Position numbers and translations under genes: made by a program. From the NCBI GenBank assembly GCA_045531735.1, contig JAZSEO010000008.1, positions 19,896-83,895 of the forward strand: a DNA stretch of 64,000 nt. Reading direction: 5' to 3'. Shown here piece by piece: positions 40,572-49,806 of the stretch. Source of the stretch: Wujia sp. GTDB lineage: Bacteria > Bacillota > Clostridia > Lachnospirales > Lachnospiraceae. The stretch's first letter is position 1. Each line of letters opens with the position of its first letter. The notes under the pieces are model-generated. The model saw only the letters and a list, made by a program, of their open reading frames with translations. It was not told the DNA's origin and ran no database searches.

Positions 40572-41291
40572 TTATTCAACCACATCTGCTGCCGGTGCTT
40601 CACCTGCATCCGTAGCTGTCGCATCAGTTTCTGCCGAGTCAGTTTCCGAGCTTTCAGGCTCAACTGGTTCATATACCGTATAATCCGTACTTGTCGCCAA
40701 AGGTACATTAGTTATATAGCCTCTAGGTTCCGAAAGTTCTATATCTGTACCTGTTGCTATCTCTGGAAAATATATTGGCTTCATTGCCTCTCCCGACTTA
40801 TCATAAGATGGTTTTATAACCATAAAATACACAAACACGCCTGACATAACCAGAGCCATTCCTGCAAGCACCATAGATAAAATACCTACTACCTTAATCG
40901 AGGTTGGGGCTTTTTCTTCGCCTGGCTTAATTTTTGCATCCTCTGCCGCCTGCTCTTCTGCTTCAATCTCATCAAGAATATCCATTTTATTTATCTCATT
41001 TTCTAATGGGATTTCACTCTCAGGCATCTGAGTTTCTGACACCTCTGTCAATATGTCCTCTTCAACCTCATCCATTACTTTATCCCCATTATACAATTCT
41101 GTTGCATTATCCTGTTCTGAATATTCATCATAATCATCAGTCTTATCAGAAAGACTACTCAACAAAATATCCATATCACTCATATGCCCTGTGCCACCAC
41201 TCATAAAATCATCATCTACCAGCGGATTACCACAGATTCTACATACTTGGTCCTCATCTGAATAAATAAAACCACAACATTTTTTACTCAT
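40572..41291 (-). CDS. hypothetical zinc-ribbon protein with one TM helix
   Basis: N-terminal CC..(x10)..CRIC ribbon, an acidic linker, one TM helix (VVGILSMVLAGMALVMSGVFVYFMV), and an acidic T/E/A-rich tail. Confidence 0.55.
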   Translation of the reverse strand: MSKKCCGFIYSDEDQVCRICGNPLVDDDFMSGGTGHMSDMDILLSSLSDKTDDYDEYSEQDNATELYNGDKVMDEVEEDILTEVSETQMPESEIPLENEINKMDILDEIEAEEQAAEDAKIKPGEEKAPTSIKVVGILSMVLAGMALVMSGVFVYFMVIKPSYDKSGEAMKPIYFPEIATGTDIELSEPRGYITNVPLATSTDYTVYEPVEPESSETDSAETDATATDAGEAPAADVVE

Positions 41292-41449
41292 AAGTTACTC
41301 CTAATCTCTAATAATAAACGGACATACTCATCCACTTTAATTACAATCTAAAGAATTATATCATTTTCATCATATTTATTCAAGAAGTATTCATTTCTTA
41401 TGTTATATGACAAAATATAATAAAATATGAAGTATTTCCCTATAAATAC

Positions 41450-41477
41450 TTTACATTTTCGCCCATAATGATATAAT
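41450..41477 (+). promoter_or_regulatory. putative sigma-A promoter of the oxidoreductase operon
   Basis: TTTACA, a 16-nt spacer, then TATAAT. It lies about 45 nt upstream of the ATG at 41520. Confidence 0.45.
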
Positions 41478-41519
41478 TAGCTGTGTTTTTTGTAATTAAA
41501 GGAGAACAGGAGTGTATTT

Positions 41520-42092
41520 ATGAAAAAGAACATTGAAATCAGATGGCACGGACGAGGTGGTCAGGGTGCCAAAACAGCCGCACTACTCTTAGCGGATGTA
41601 GCATTTAGTACAGGTATGCACGTGCAAGGTTTCCCAGAATATGGTCCAGAAAGAATGGGTGCTCCAATAACAGCTTACAACAGAATCGGAAATGAGCCTA
41701 TAAGAGTTCATTCTAATATTTATAATCCTGATTACGTTGTTGTTGTTGATGAAACTCTGCTTCACTCAGTTGATGTAACCAAAGGGCTTAGCGAAGATGG
41801 TGCAATAATTATCAACACAACAAAACAAAAAGAAGAAATCATTCCACTCTTAAACGGATACAAAGGAAGAGTTTTCATAATAGATGCAAGAAAGGTTTCA
41901 ATGGCTACTCTTGGCAAATATTTCCCTAACTCTCCAATGCTGGCAGCAATAGTCAAAGTATCAGAGGTTATGGAGCAAGAAGTTTTCCTTACACAGATGG
42001 AGGAATCCTATAAACATAAATTTGCTAAAAAACCAGAGGTTATTGAGGGTAACATGAATGCCCTTAAAATGGCTCTTTCGGAGGTGAGATAA
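41520..42092 (+). CDS. porC: 2-oxoacid:ferredoxin oxidoreductase, gamma subunit (pyruvate/ketoisovalerate type; substrate not determinable)
   Basis: WHGRGGQGAKTA motif, 190 aa. First gene in a gamma-delta-alpha-beta order. Confidence 0.85.
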   Translation: MKKNIEIRWHGRGGQGAKTAALLLADVAFSTGMHVQGFPEYGPERMGAPITAYNRIGNEPIRVHSNIYNPDYVVVVDETLLHSVDVTKGLSEDGAIIINTTKQKEEIIPLLNGYKGRVFIIDARKVSMATLGKYFPNSPMLAAIVKVSEVMEQEVFLTQMEESYKHKFAKKPEVIEGNMNALKMALSEVR

Positions 42093-42400
42093 TGGCAAAA
42101 GCAACTGATATTACAAAAATAACTGAACAGAGTCCATACACTGACATCACTCCTGGTAATCAGGTTTACGGTGGTGGTGGTGCAAGAATGTTTAACACAG
42201 GCGAATGGAGAACCCAGACTCCTGTTATAGATTGGGATAAATGTACACATTGTCTTCTCTGCACACCAGTTTGTCCCGACAGTTCTATTCCTGTAAACAA
42301 TGGAAAAAGAGAAGATTTTGACTACGATCACTGCAAAGGCTGCGGTATCTGCGAAAGAGTATGCAGCTTTGGAGCTATCACTATGAAGGAGGGTATTTAA
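42092..42400 (+). CDS. porD: 2-oxoacid:ferredoxin oxidoreductase, delta subunit (2x[4Fe-4S] ferredoxin)
   Basis: CTHCLLCTPVCP and CKGCGICERVC cluster motifs. Its start overlaps the gamma-subunit stop. Confidence 0.85.
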   Translation: MAKATDITKITEQSPYTDITPGNQVYGGGGARMFNTGEWRTQTPVIDWDKCTHCLLCTPVCPDSSIPVNNGKREDFDYDHCKGCGICERVCSFGAITMKEGI

Positions 42401-42401
42401 T

Positions 42402-43583
42402 ATGTCTATTCGTGAAAGAATGTCTGGAAACGAGGCAGTTGCATATGCAATTAAACAGATAAATCCTGATGTTATGCCTGCATTTCCTATTACCCCTTCA
42501 ACAGAGATACCTCAGATGGTATCTACATTTATTGCTAACGGAGAAATCGATACAGAATTTATTCCTGTAGAGTCAGAGCACAGCTCAATGAGTGCTACCA
42601 TGGGTGCTTCGGCAGCAGGAGCAAGAGCACTTACCGCTACTTCTTCTTGCGGTCTTGCATATATGTGGGAGCTTCTCTATGTTGCAGCATCAGACAGACT
42701 TCCACTTGTATTAGCTCTTGTAAATCGAGCTCTTACAGGTCCTATAAATATCAACTGCGACCACTCGGATAGTATGGGTGCAAGAGATTCCGGATGGATA
42801 CAGATATACGCAGAAAACAATCAGGAAGCATACGACAACTTTATTCAATCCTTTAGAATTTCCGAGCATCCTGATGTAATGTTGCCATTTATGGCATGCC
42901 AGGACGGCTTTATCACAAGTCATGCGGTTGAAAATATAGAACTTATTGAGGATGATAAGGTTAAAGCCTTTGTCGGAGATTATAATCCGGAAAACTATCT
43001 CCTCAATTCTCAGATGCCTATGGCAGTAGGTCCATATGCAACCTCTCCATTTTATATGGAAACTAAAATGAACCAGAGACTTGCAATGAAAAATGCAAAA
43101 AAAGTAATTTTAGAGGTAGCTAAGGAATTCGAAAAAATTTCTGGAAGAAAATATGGTTTCTTTGAAGAATATAAATTAGATGACGCAGACTACGCAATCG
43201 TAATTATTGGTTCTGCTGCTGGAACAACAAAAGACGCTGTAGACCATTTAAGAGAAAAAGGCATTAAGGCCGGACTCCTTAAACTTCGAGTATTCCGACC
43301 ATTTCCTGGTGAAGAAATCGCCGAGGCTCTTAAAAACACTAAAGCTGTAGCTGTTCTTGATAGAGCAGAAAGTTTTTCAGCATGTGGTGGTCCTGTAGGC
43401 TCAGAGGTTAAGGCTGCATTATACGACGCAAAATCAACCACTACTGTTGTCAACTATTTCTACGGAATCGGCGGTCGTGATTACACAGTCGAATCTGCAA
43501 CTTCAGTATATGAAGACCTTATTCAAATTGCAAATGGTTCTACTGAGCCAGAGCAATTCAAGTATGTTGGACTCAGAAAGTAA
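42402..43583 (+). CDS. porA: 2-oxoacid:ferredoxin oxidoreductase, alpha subunit
   Basis: GNEAVAYA...AFPITPSTEI N-terminus, 393 aa. Confidence 0.88.
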   Translation: MSIRERMSGNEAVAYAIKQINPDVMPAFPITPSTEIPQMVSTFIANGEIDTEFIPVESEHSSMSATMGASAAGARALTATSSCGLAYMWELLYVAASDRLPLVLALVNRALTGPININCDHSDSMGARDSGWIQIYAENNQEAYDNFIQSFRISEHPDVMLPFMACQDGFITSHAVENIELIEDDKVKAFVGDYNPENYLLNSQMPMAVGPYATSPFYMETKMNQRLAMKNAKKVILEVAKEFEKISGRKYGFFEEYKLDDADYAIVIIGSAAGTTKDAVDHLREKGIKAGLLKLRVFRPFPGEEIAEALKNTKAVAVLDRAESFSACGGPVGSEVKAALYDAKSTTTVVNYFYGIGGRDYTVESATSVYEDLIQIANGSTEPEQFKYVGLRK

Positions 43584-43597
43584 CGGAGGATATCAAG

Positions 43598-44530
43598 ATG
43601 GCATTTAATTTCAAAGAAGTAATGAACAAACCGGAACGTCTTGCTCCGGGACATAGAATGTGTGCAGGCTGTGGTGGTACTATCGTAGCTAGAACAGTAC
43701 TCCGTGCTTTAAAGCCTGAAGACAAAGCAGTAATAGGTAATGCTACTGGTTGTATGGAAGTATCCACTTTTATGTATCCATACACCGCATGGGAAGACAG
43801 CTATATGCACAATGCATTTGAGAATGCAGGTGCAACACTTTCCGGCATCGAAACTGCTTACAATGCTTTAAAGAAAAAAGGCAAGGTAACTGACAACTAT
43901 AAATTTATAACCTTTGGTGGTGATGGCGGTACCTACGATATCGGCTTTCAGTCACTCTCAGGTGCAATGGAAAGAAATCATGACTTGGTATATGTCTGCT
44001 ACGACAATGGTGCTTATATGAACACAGGTATACAGCGTTCATCTGCGACTCCAATGTACGCAGATACAACAACCACTCCTGTAGGAAGTCAGTCAAACGG
44101 TAAAATGCAGAACCGCAAGGACCTCGCTTCAATCATAGCGAGCCACGATGTTCCATATGTAGCACAATCTACTTTACTTGGAACAATGAAAGATTTATAC
44201 GAAAAAGCCGAAAAAGCTATCTATACTCCAGGTGCGGCCTTCCTTAATGTTATGGCACCTTGTCCAAGAGGCTGGAGATACGATACACCTGACATTATGA
44301 AGATTTGCAAACTCGCTGTAGAAACCTGCTACTGGCCACTATTCGAGGTTGTAGAAGGCAAATGGATTCTTAACTATGAGCCTAAGAAAAAACTCCCTAT
44401 TGAAGATTTCCTTCGCCCACAGGGACGTTTCAAGCATCTCTTCAAACCAGAGAATGAGGCACTTTTAGCACAATATCAGGAAGAGGTAGACCGCAGATGG
44501 GAAGAGCTCCTCTTCAAATGTTCTAGATAA
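43598..44530 (+). CDS. porB: 2-oxoacid:ferredoxin oxidoreductase, beta subunit (TPP-binding)
   Basis: CAGCGG, GDGGTYDIG (TPP GDG motif) and NGAYMNTG. Confidence 0.88.
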   Translation: MAFNFKEVMNKPERLAPGHRMCAGCGGTIVARTVLRALKPEDKAVIGNATGCMEVSTFMYPYTAWEDSYMHNAFENAGATLSGIETAYNALKKKGKVTDNYKFITFGGDGGTYDIGFQSLSGAMERNHDLVYVCYDNGAYMNTGIQRSSATPMYADTTTTPVGSQSNGKMQNRKDLASIIASHDVPYVAQSTLLGTMKDLYEKAEKAIYTPGAAFLNVMAPCPRGWRYDTPDIMKICKLAVETCYWPLFEVVEGKWILNYEPKKKLPIEDFLRPQGRFKHLFKPENEALLAQYQEEVDRRWEELLFKCSR

Positions 44531-44550
44531 TAGGCATTTAAACTGCCACC

Positions 44551-44609
44551 CTCAAAAACAGGCACCAATCATATGAATGTGGACCATAAGAAATATATAC
44601 ATAAGGGAC
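44551..44609. repeat. left arm of a ~255-bp palindromic element
   Basis: The core CAATCATATGAATGTGGACCATAAGAAATATATACATAAGGGAC matches the reverse complement of 44745..44788 at 38 of 44 positions by my manual alignment. Confidence 0.8.
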
Positions 44610-44644
44610 TGTCTGGAGACGCCGGCACTTAATGAGGATAAAAT

Positions 44645-44700
44645 AAAAAATGCTTCATTAACACACATTTATGTGTAGGTTAACGAAGCATTTTTCTATT
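44645..44700. terminator. bidirectional intrinsic terminator at the centre of the palindromic element
   Basis: Long hairpin 44649..44692 (AATGCTTCATTAAC...GTTAACGAAGCATT plus inner ACACA/TGTGT). It is flanked by an A-run and TTTTTCTATTTTT. Confidence 0.75.
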
Positions 44701-44744
44701 TTTCCGAGTTTAGTACCGTTGCGTCGGAAGTCAAGTGAAAACGT

Positions 44745-44806
44745 GTCCCTAGTGTATATATTTCTTGCGGACCATATTCATATGATTGATGCCGTTATTT
44801 TTCAGA
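44745..44806. repeat. right arm of the ~255-bp palindromic element
   Basis: Inverted copy of 44551..44609. It ends 3 nt from the stop codon of the GGDEF-EAL gene. Confidence 0.8.
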
Positions 44807-44809
44807 ATG

Positions 44810-46729
44810 CTAATTTGTATTACTATTGATAATCTCCATAAATTCTTTGTCTGATACTGCTTTTGAGTAATACCAGCCCTGCATATAGTGGCATCCTATC
44901 TCTTCTAGTCTGTCACACATTTCTTCTGTTTCTACGCCCTCTGCTACTATGAGCAGTTTTAAGGCATTAAGCATACCTATTGTATACTCTAGTGTTATAC
45001 CAGCTTTTTCATTCTTGAAAGCATCCCATACAATACTCTTATCAATCTTAATTATTTTGAATGGCATATGGTTGATATAGTCAATATTAGAATGACCTGA
45101 ACCGTAGTCATCAAGTGAAAAGGCTATTCCATAATCAACAAGTCGCCCTATGTTATCATTCAAAACCGTCATTGTTCCTAATGTCGCAGTTTCTGTAATC
45201 TCAAAATTAATCTGGCTTGGTTTTATTTCATATTTTTCTATTATCTGGATAACCTTTTCTGCAAAATCCAGCTGGGTGAGCTGAACCGGACTTATATTAA
45301 TTTCTATGTACTCTATATCAGTTTCCGATATTTTGTTTCCTCGAATAAACCTGCACACCTTGTCCAATATCATATATCCGAGTTCCATAATCAAACCGTT
45401 CTTCTCTGCTATTGGTATGAATATTTCTGGTGATATCCAACCAAGCTCATCATCCTTAAGGCGTACCAACGCTTCTGCTGAATTATATTTTCTTTTTTCT
45501 ACAGAGAATATAGGCTGATAGTGAACCATGAGTTCATCTCTATCCATAGCAAGCTTAACAGCTTTTTCTACAGCTTTATCATTTATAAGATTGTCAATAT
45601 CAAGGTCTGACGCTTTTACTACTCCACCTTTTTGAGTTTTCTTTGCAATAGTCATGGAATAATCTATTATCTCTATTAAACTCTCATATGAAGCTGCATC
45701 CTTAGGGCAGGATATGCTACAAACCGATGCAGACATCATTATTGCCGCTGAAGACTCGCTGTACCATGGATGCAAAAATCTCTCATGCACGTCCTCTGTA
45801 ATTTTATCTACATCCTTTGTCTTTTTTCTAATGAATAAGCAAAACTGATCTGAACCAAATCTAAATACTGCCTCAACATTTTCTATGCCACTTAAATATG
45901 CACCAACCTGTTGCAACAACCCGTCACCAGTATTAACACCATAGGTTTTATTTATAAATTTGAAATCGTCCATGGCAACAGCTATTATGTTGAATTTTTT
46001 ACCAGTAGAGAATTCGTATTTTAGGTAGTTACCCATAAAGCTTCTGTTATATAAAAGAGTTGTCGCATCCGTAATAGTTCCTACGTTATTGAGATAGTGA
46101 TATAACATAAGACAAGCACAGGCTATAACAAAGCACACTATAGGCACACCCATAATATGCTGCACAGCTACAGCGATGCCACATACTACAATCATTAGTG
46201 TTATCATTAATGCCTGCCTAAAATCAATTCTTTCAGGACTTCTAAACATAATAATTATACTTACAACAACCAACACCATACATATACAGAACAGTACTAC
46301 CGCTGCCTTACCACGTTCTATTCCGTTCTCTGTACTGACAAAAAGCCAGTTAAGCATAGGATTCAAGCAGACAACAACTGCAATAAGCATCGTTGAGAAA
46401 AAGCAGCTAATACTAAGAATTTTGTTTATCCTGGCATTATTGTTTACCAGCACACAAATATAAAAAGCAAATAGCACAGGCAAAAGGTTTAATGCAAACT
46501 GCTGTATTGTCATAAATACTGTATATACAATCCCTTTATAATTTCCTGTTTCTCTAACAAGATCTATAGCCAATATTTCAAACGTGCCAGAGACAAAAAC
46601 GTCCATGACTAATCCAAAAAATATCTTCCTGCTCAATAACGGTATTTTTTTGTCGCTAATAAACCATATGATTATAAGACCCAGTATAGCTATCGCCATA
46701 TAATCAAAGGCAAGATTACTAACGTACAT
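44810..46729 (-). CDS. membrane-bound c-di-GMP phosphodiesterase (EAL) with a degenerate GGDEF domain
   Basis: N-terminal multi-TM block. The GGDEF motif reads GSDQF. The EAL domain is intact (AEALVRL, DDYGSGHSN, KIDKS, EGVET). Confidence 0.85.
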   Translation of the reverse strand: MYVSNLAFDYMAIAILGLIIIWFISDKKIPLLSRKIFFGLVMDVFVSGTFEILAIDLVRETGNYKGIVYTVFMTIQQFALNLLPVLFAFYICVLVNNNARINKILSISCFFSTMLIAVVVCLNPMLNWLFVSTENGIERGKAAVVLFCICMVLVVVSIIIMFRSPERIDFRQALMITLMIVVCGIAVAVQHIMGVPIVCFVIACACLMLYHYLNNVGTITDATTLLYNRSFMGNYLKYEFSTGKKFNIIAVAMDDFKFINKTYGVNTGDGLLQQVGAYLSGIENVEAVFRFGSDQFCLFIRKKTKDVDKITEDVHERFLHPWYSESSAAIMMSASVCSISCPKDAASYESLIEIIDYSMTIAKKTQKGGVVKASDLDIDNLINDKAVEKAVKLAMDRDELMVHYQPIFSVEKRKYNSAEALVRLKDDELGWISPEIFIPIAEKNGLIMELGYMILDKVCRFIRGNKISETDIEYIEINISPVQLTQLDFAEKVIQIIEKYEIKPSQINFEITETATLGTMTVLNDNIGRLVDYGIAFSLDDYGSGHSNIDYINHMPFKIIKIDKSIVWDAFKNEKAGITLEYTIGMLNALKLLIVAEGVETEEMCDRLEEIGCHYMQGWYYSKAVSDKEFMEIINSNTN

Positions 46730-46761
46730 ATAGTTACTACCTTTCTTAATGTAAAAAACTC

Positions 46762-47706
46762 TTATTTAAACCACACATTTAAATCTACAGAACCATCTAC
46801 TCCACTAAGTGTACCCTGGTCTGTATACTGCCAGCCCACATATTTGTATGGGAAATCCGGCTGATTAGAATAATGTGCAAGCCACAATCTATAATCACCT
46901 AATCTCGACATATCTAAACTCTGTACATACCAGTTTCTGTTAGAATATATCATAGGTATATACCCTGCAGCTTTAACAGTTTCACAAAAACCAATTATAC
47001 TGTCTGTTCTAGATGCTATATCTAAGCCATTAGTTCTTGCATCGGCTGCGTCAAGGAACTCTGTATCAATAGCTACCGGACAAGTTATGTTGTAATCCTT
47101 TATTGCGTCAATCACAAAATTTGCCTCTTCTACGCCCTCGTCATAGTTAAGAGCCTGACTAAAGAAATAAACCCCAACCTGAAGCCCTGCTTCTAAAGCC
47201 CCTTGTACATGAGTTTCAAACATATCATCCAACACAATTTTACCAGAACCATAGCCTCTATATCCAACTCTTATCATAACTATATCTACACCTGCTGCCT
47301 TAACCTGAGCCCAATCTATGTTTGGTTGGAAAGCAGATATATCAATAGCTATACTTGTAAGCCTTGAACCCTCTGCATCATGATAATACATTTTGTCACT
47401 ACCATCATCTACATAAAAATTCTCGACTTCATAATCATGTCTTTCAACTTCACTAACAATCTTATAGTATTCGCAATCCGGAGGTGTTCCAATAAGAATA
47501 TAACTGGCATATATGAAATTCCAATAATTCTCTTCTATTAATGGTTTTTGTTCACTCTCACCTAAAGTCCATGTTCTGTCTCCCACTTCTGCTATAACAG
47601 GTTTATTGGACTCTCGCTTTATATTAACACCAATAATAACACCAATGGCAATTAACAAAGCACATGAGGCGATAACAAAAATTCCTTTTATTATAGTATT
47701 CTTCAT
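46762..47706 (-). CDS. membrane-anchored GH25 muramidase (lysozyme)
   Basis: N-terminal TM helix. GH25 motifs IDISAFQPNIDWAQVKAAGVDIVMIRVGYRG and a C-terminal WQYT...G.VDLN. Confidence 0.85.
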   Translation of the reverse strand: MKNTIIKGIFVIASCALLIAIGVIIGVNIKRESNKPVIAEVGDRTWTLGESEQKPLIEENYWNFIYASYILIGTPPDCEYYKIVSEVERHDYEVENFYVDDGSDKMYYHDAEGSRLTSIAIDISAFQPNIDWAQVKAAGVDIVMIRVGYRGYGSGKIVLDDMFETHVQGALEAGLQVGVYFFSQALNYDEGVEEANFVIDAIKDYNITCPVAIDTEFLDAADARTNGLDIASRTDSIIGFCETVKAAGYIPMIYSNRNWYVQSLDMSRLGDYRLWLAHYSNQPDFPYKYVGWQYTDQGTLSGVDGSVDLNVWFK

Positions 47707-47796
47707 AAGACCTCTTATCCATTGTATTATATATAATTATCCATTTATTAATAATAACACAATTAAACTATCTAAACAAGGTAAATACTTATTAAA

Positions 47797-49806
47797 TTAT
47801 GCATTTACCTTCTCAGTTTTTACCACCTTTATTCCTATAAACAATAATAGCAATCCACTTAAAATCATTACAATAAAATCCTTTGCATAAAGTTGTTCTG
47901 CCAAGAATATTGGAAACACCTTTGCCACAGTCTTCGGATAAAACATCACAATACATGAGAGCCCATTATTCATAAAATGCATAAGCATTCCCGGAACTAT
48001 ACTTTTTGATTTATGTGCAAGATATGCAAATACATACCCCAGCAATGCAGTTGTAAGAAATTTAACAACACTCATATGAAACACACCAAACACTATAGCA
48101 ACAATTAAAATTGCATTTTTCGCTTTTAATTTATTTTCAAGCGAAGACAAAAGAAAACCTCTAAACATCAATTCTTCACAAACAGCAGGAGCCACAGCCA
48201 CAACTAAAAGCATCTTAAACAGATTGTCCGTCATAAGATAATCCATGGAATCAGCAACTCCTTTGGCACTAGTCTCAAATATCATACCAGCAACCGTAGA
48301 CAATACCATTCCCAAAATAATCGCTCCCGCAGTCATTATAATACCGCCAATTACATACTTTATTTTACATGTTCTTAATTTGAAGGTTTCTTTTATATCT
48401 TTTTTTGTATATAAAGCTAGTACAAGAGGCACAGCAAAAAATATTAGCTGACTTCCCATCACACCATAATATCCAAGCTTAATCTGTAACATTCCACCAA
48501 CATATATCATTCCTACTGCTGTAACTGCAATAACAAGCCACGCATCTCCCACAGTTGGAACTCCACCTTTTTTCATATTGCTTCTTTTTTCCAGTATCTG
48601 CACCGAGGAGCTACTGTCACCAAATAATATAGACTCAGAATTATAAATTTTCCCGAGAAGCATAACTGCCAATATGCCGTATGCTACATTACTTATCAAT
48701 ACAATTGCGATTATTCCTATATCAAATTTAAACACTAATATATCTCTTATCAGAAGACATATATTTGCAACCGGAACCAATGCCATATTGCTGGTAAGCT
48801 CTATATTAGGTACAAAGCCTACAAACGAAGCAAACATAACCACCAGCATAAGTGGAGTTATATAATTATTTGCCTCTTTATATGTTTTTGCAAATGCGCA
48901 TACACACATAGTTATCGCACTTATAAATACCGCAAAAGCAAAAATACAAAGTACACATACAAAAAGTGCCGGTGCAAATCTCATCATATCAACCTCCATC
49001 GGAGCTGCACCCATGTTCTCCAACATCTTTACCATATATACACTTATACCACCCATCGATATGACATTTAATATAGCAGACACAACACCAATAGTTGCGA
49101 CTGTAAGAAATTTGCTCATTATAAGTTCTTGATTGCTGACCGGCAACGTAAGAACTGTCTCAAGAGTACCTCTTTCTCTTTCTCCGGCAGTTGTATCTAT
49201 TGCAGGATACATTGTGCCCATCAAAAGACTGACCACAAGCATAAACGAAATAAGATTTCCCATCATATTTCCTGCTGTTTCCTCACCACTAGACATATCG
49301 TTAAACTCTATATCTATCGGTTCCAGTACAGACTCCGCATCAAGTCCTGCTTCTTCAATAATTTTTACAGTTGTATTATTTGAATACTCCAGAAGAACAT
49401 CTTCTATCATGCCAGCAGCATAGCTTGAATTGGTTACCGCAGACAAATAATATACCTTAAAGCATTCTTTTTGTTCTTTACTTTCTCTGGTAATATATGC
49501 ATCTATTCCCTGCTCACGCAATGCATGTTCATAATCATCTACCTCTACCACCTTAAAATAGTATCCCTCTTGCGCATTATCAACAAATATATCTTGGTAC
49601 TGCATACCATCTGTAGCGTCTACAGCAATAATGTATGTACTTTCTGAAAGCTCTGTTGAAACTGTCGCCATAACCTGCATAGTTAACACAATCAAAAGCG
49701 GATATACGACAAGCGGCACCACCAGCATCATCAAAACAGTTTTCTTATCTCTTAAAACATCAAGAATTTCTTTTTTGTATAAGCATTTCACTATTTTTCT
49801 ATTCAT
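47797..49806 (-). CDS. ABC-2 (NatB-like) permease fused to a C-terminal CPBP/CAAX-type intramembrane protease domain
   Basis: N-terminal permease with a large loop and 5-6 TM helices. The C-terminal part carries CPBP motifs EELMFRGF, FGVFHM and HFMNN. Confidence 0.8.
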   Translation of the reverse strand: MNRKIVKCLYKKEILDVLRDKKTVLMMLVVPLVVYPLLIVLTMQVMATVSTELSESTYIIAVDATDGMQYQDIFVDNAQEGYYFKVVEVDDYEHALREQGIDAYITRESKEQKECFKVYYLSAVTNSSYAAGMIEDVLLEYSNNTTVKIIEEAGLDAESVLEPIDIEFNDMSSGEETAGNMMGNLISFMLVVSLLMGTMYPAIDTTAGERERGTLETVLTLPVSNQELIMSKFLTVATIGVVSAILNVISMGGISVYMVKMLENMGAAPMEVDMMRFAPALFVCVLCIFAFAVFISAITMCVCAFAKTYKEANNYITPLMLVVMFASFVGFVPNIELTSNMALVPVANICLLIRDILVFKFDIGIIAIVLISNVAYGILAVMLLGKIYNSESILFGDSSSSVQILEKRSNMKKGGVPTVGDAWLVIAVTAVGMIYVGGMLQIKLGYYGVMGSQLIFFAVPLVLALYTKKDIKETFKLRTCKIKYVIGGIIMTAGAIILGMVLSTVAGMIFETSAKGVADSMDYLMTDNLFKMLLVVAVAPAVCEELMFRGFLLSSLENKLKAKNAILIVAIVFGVFHMSVVKFLTTALLGYVFAYLAHKSKSIVPGMLMHFMNNGLSCIVMFYPKTVAKVFPIFLAEQLYAKDFIVMILSGLLLLFIGIKVVKTEKVNA

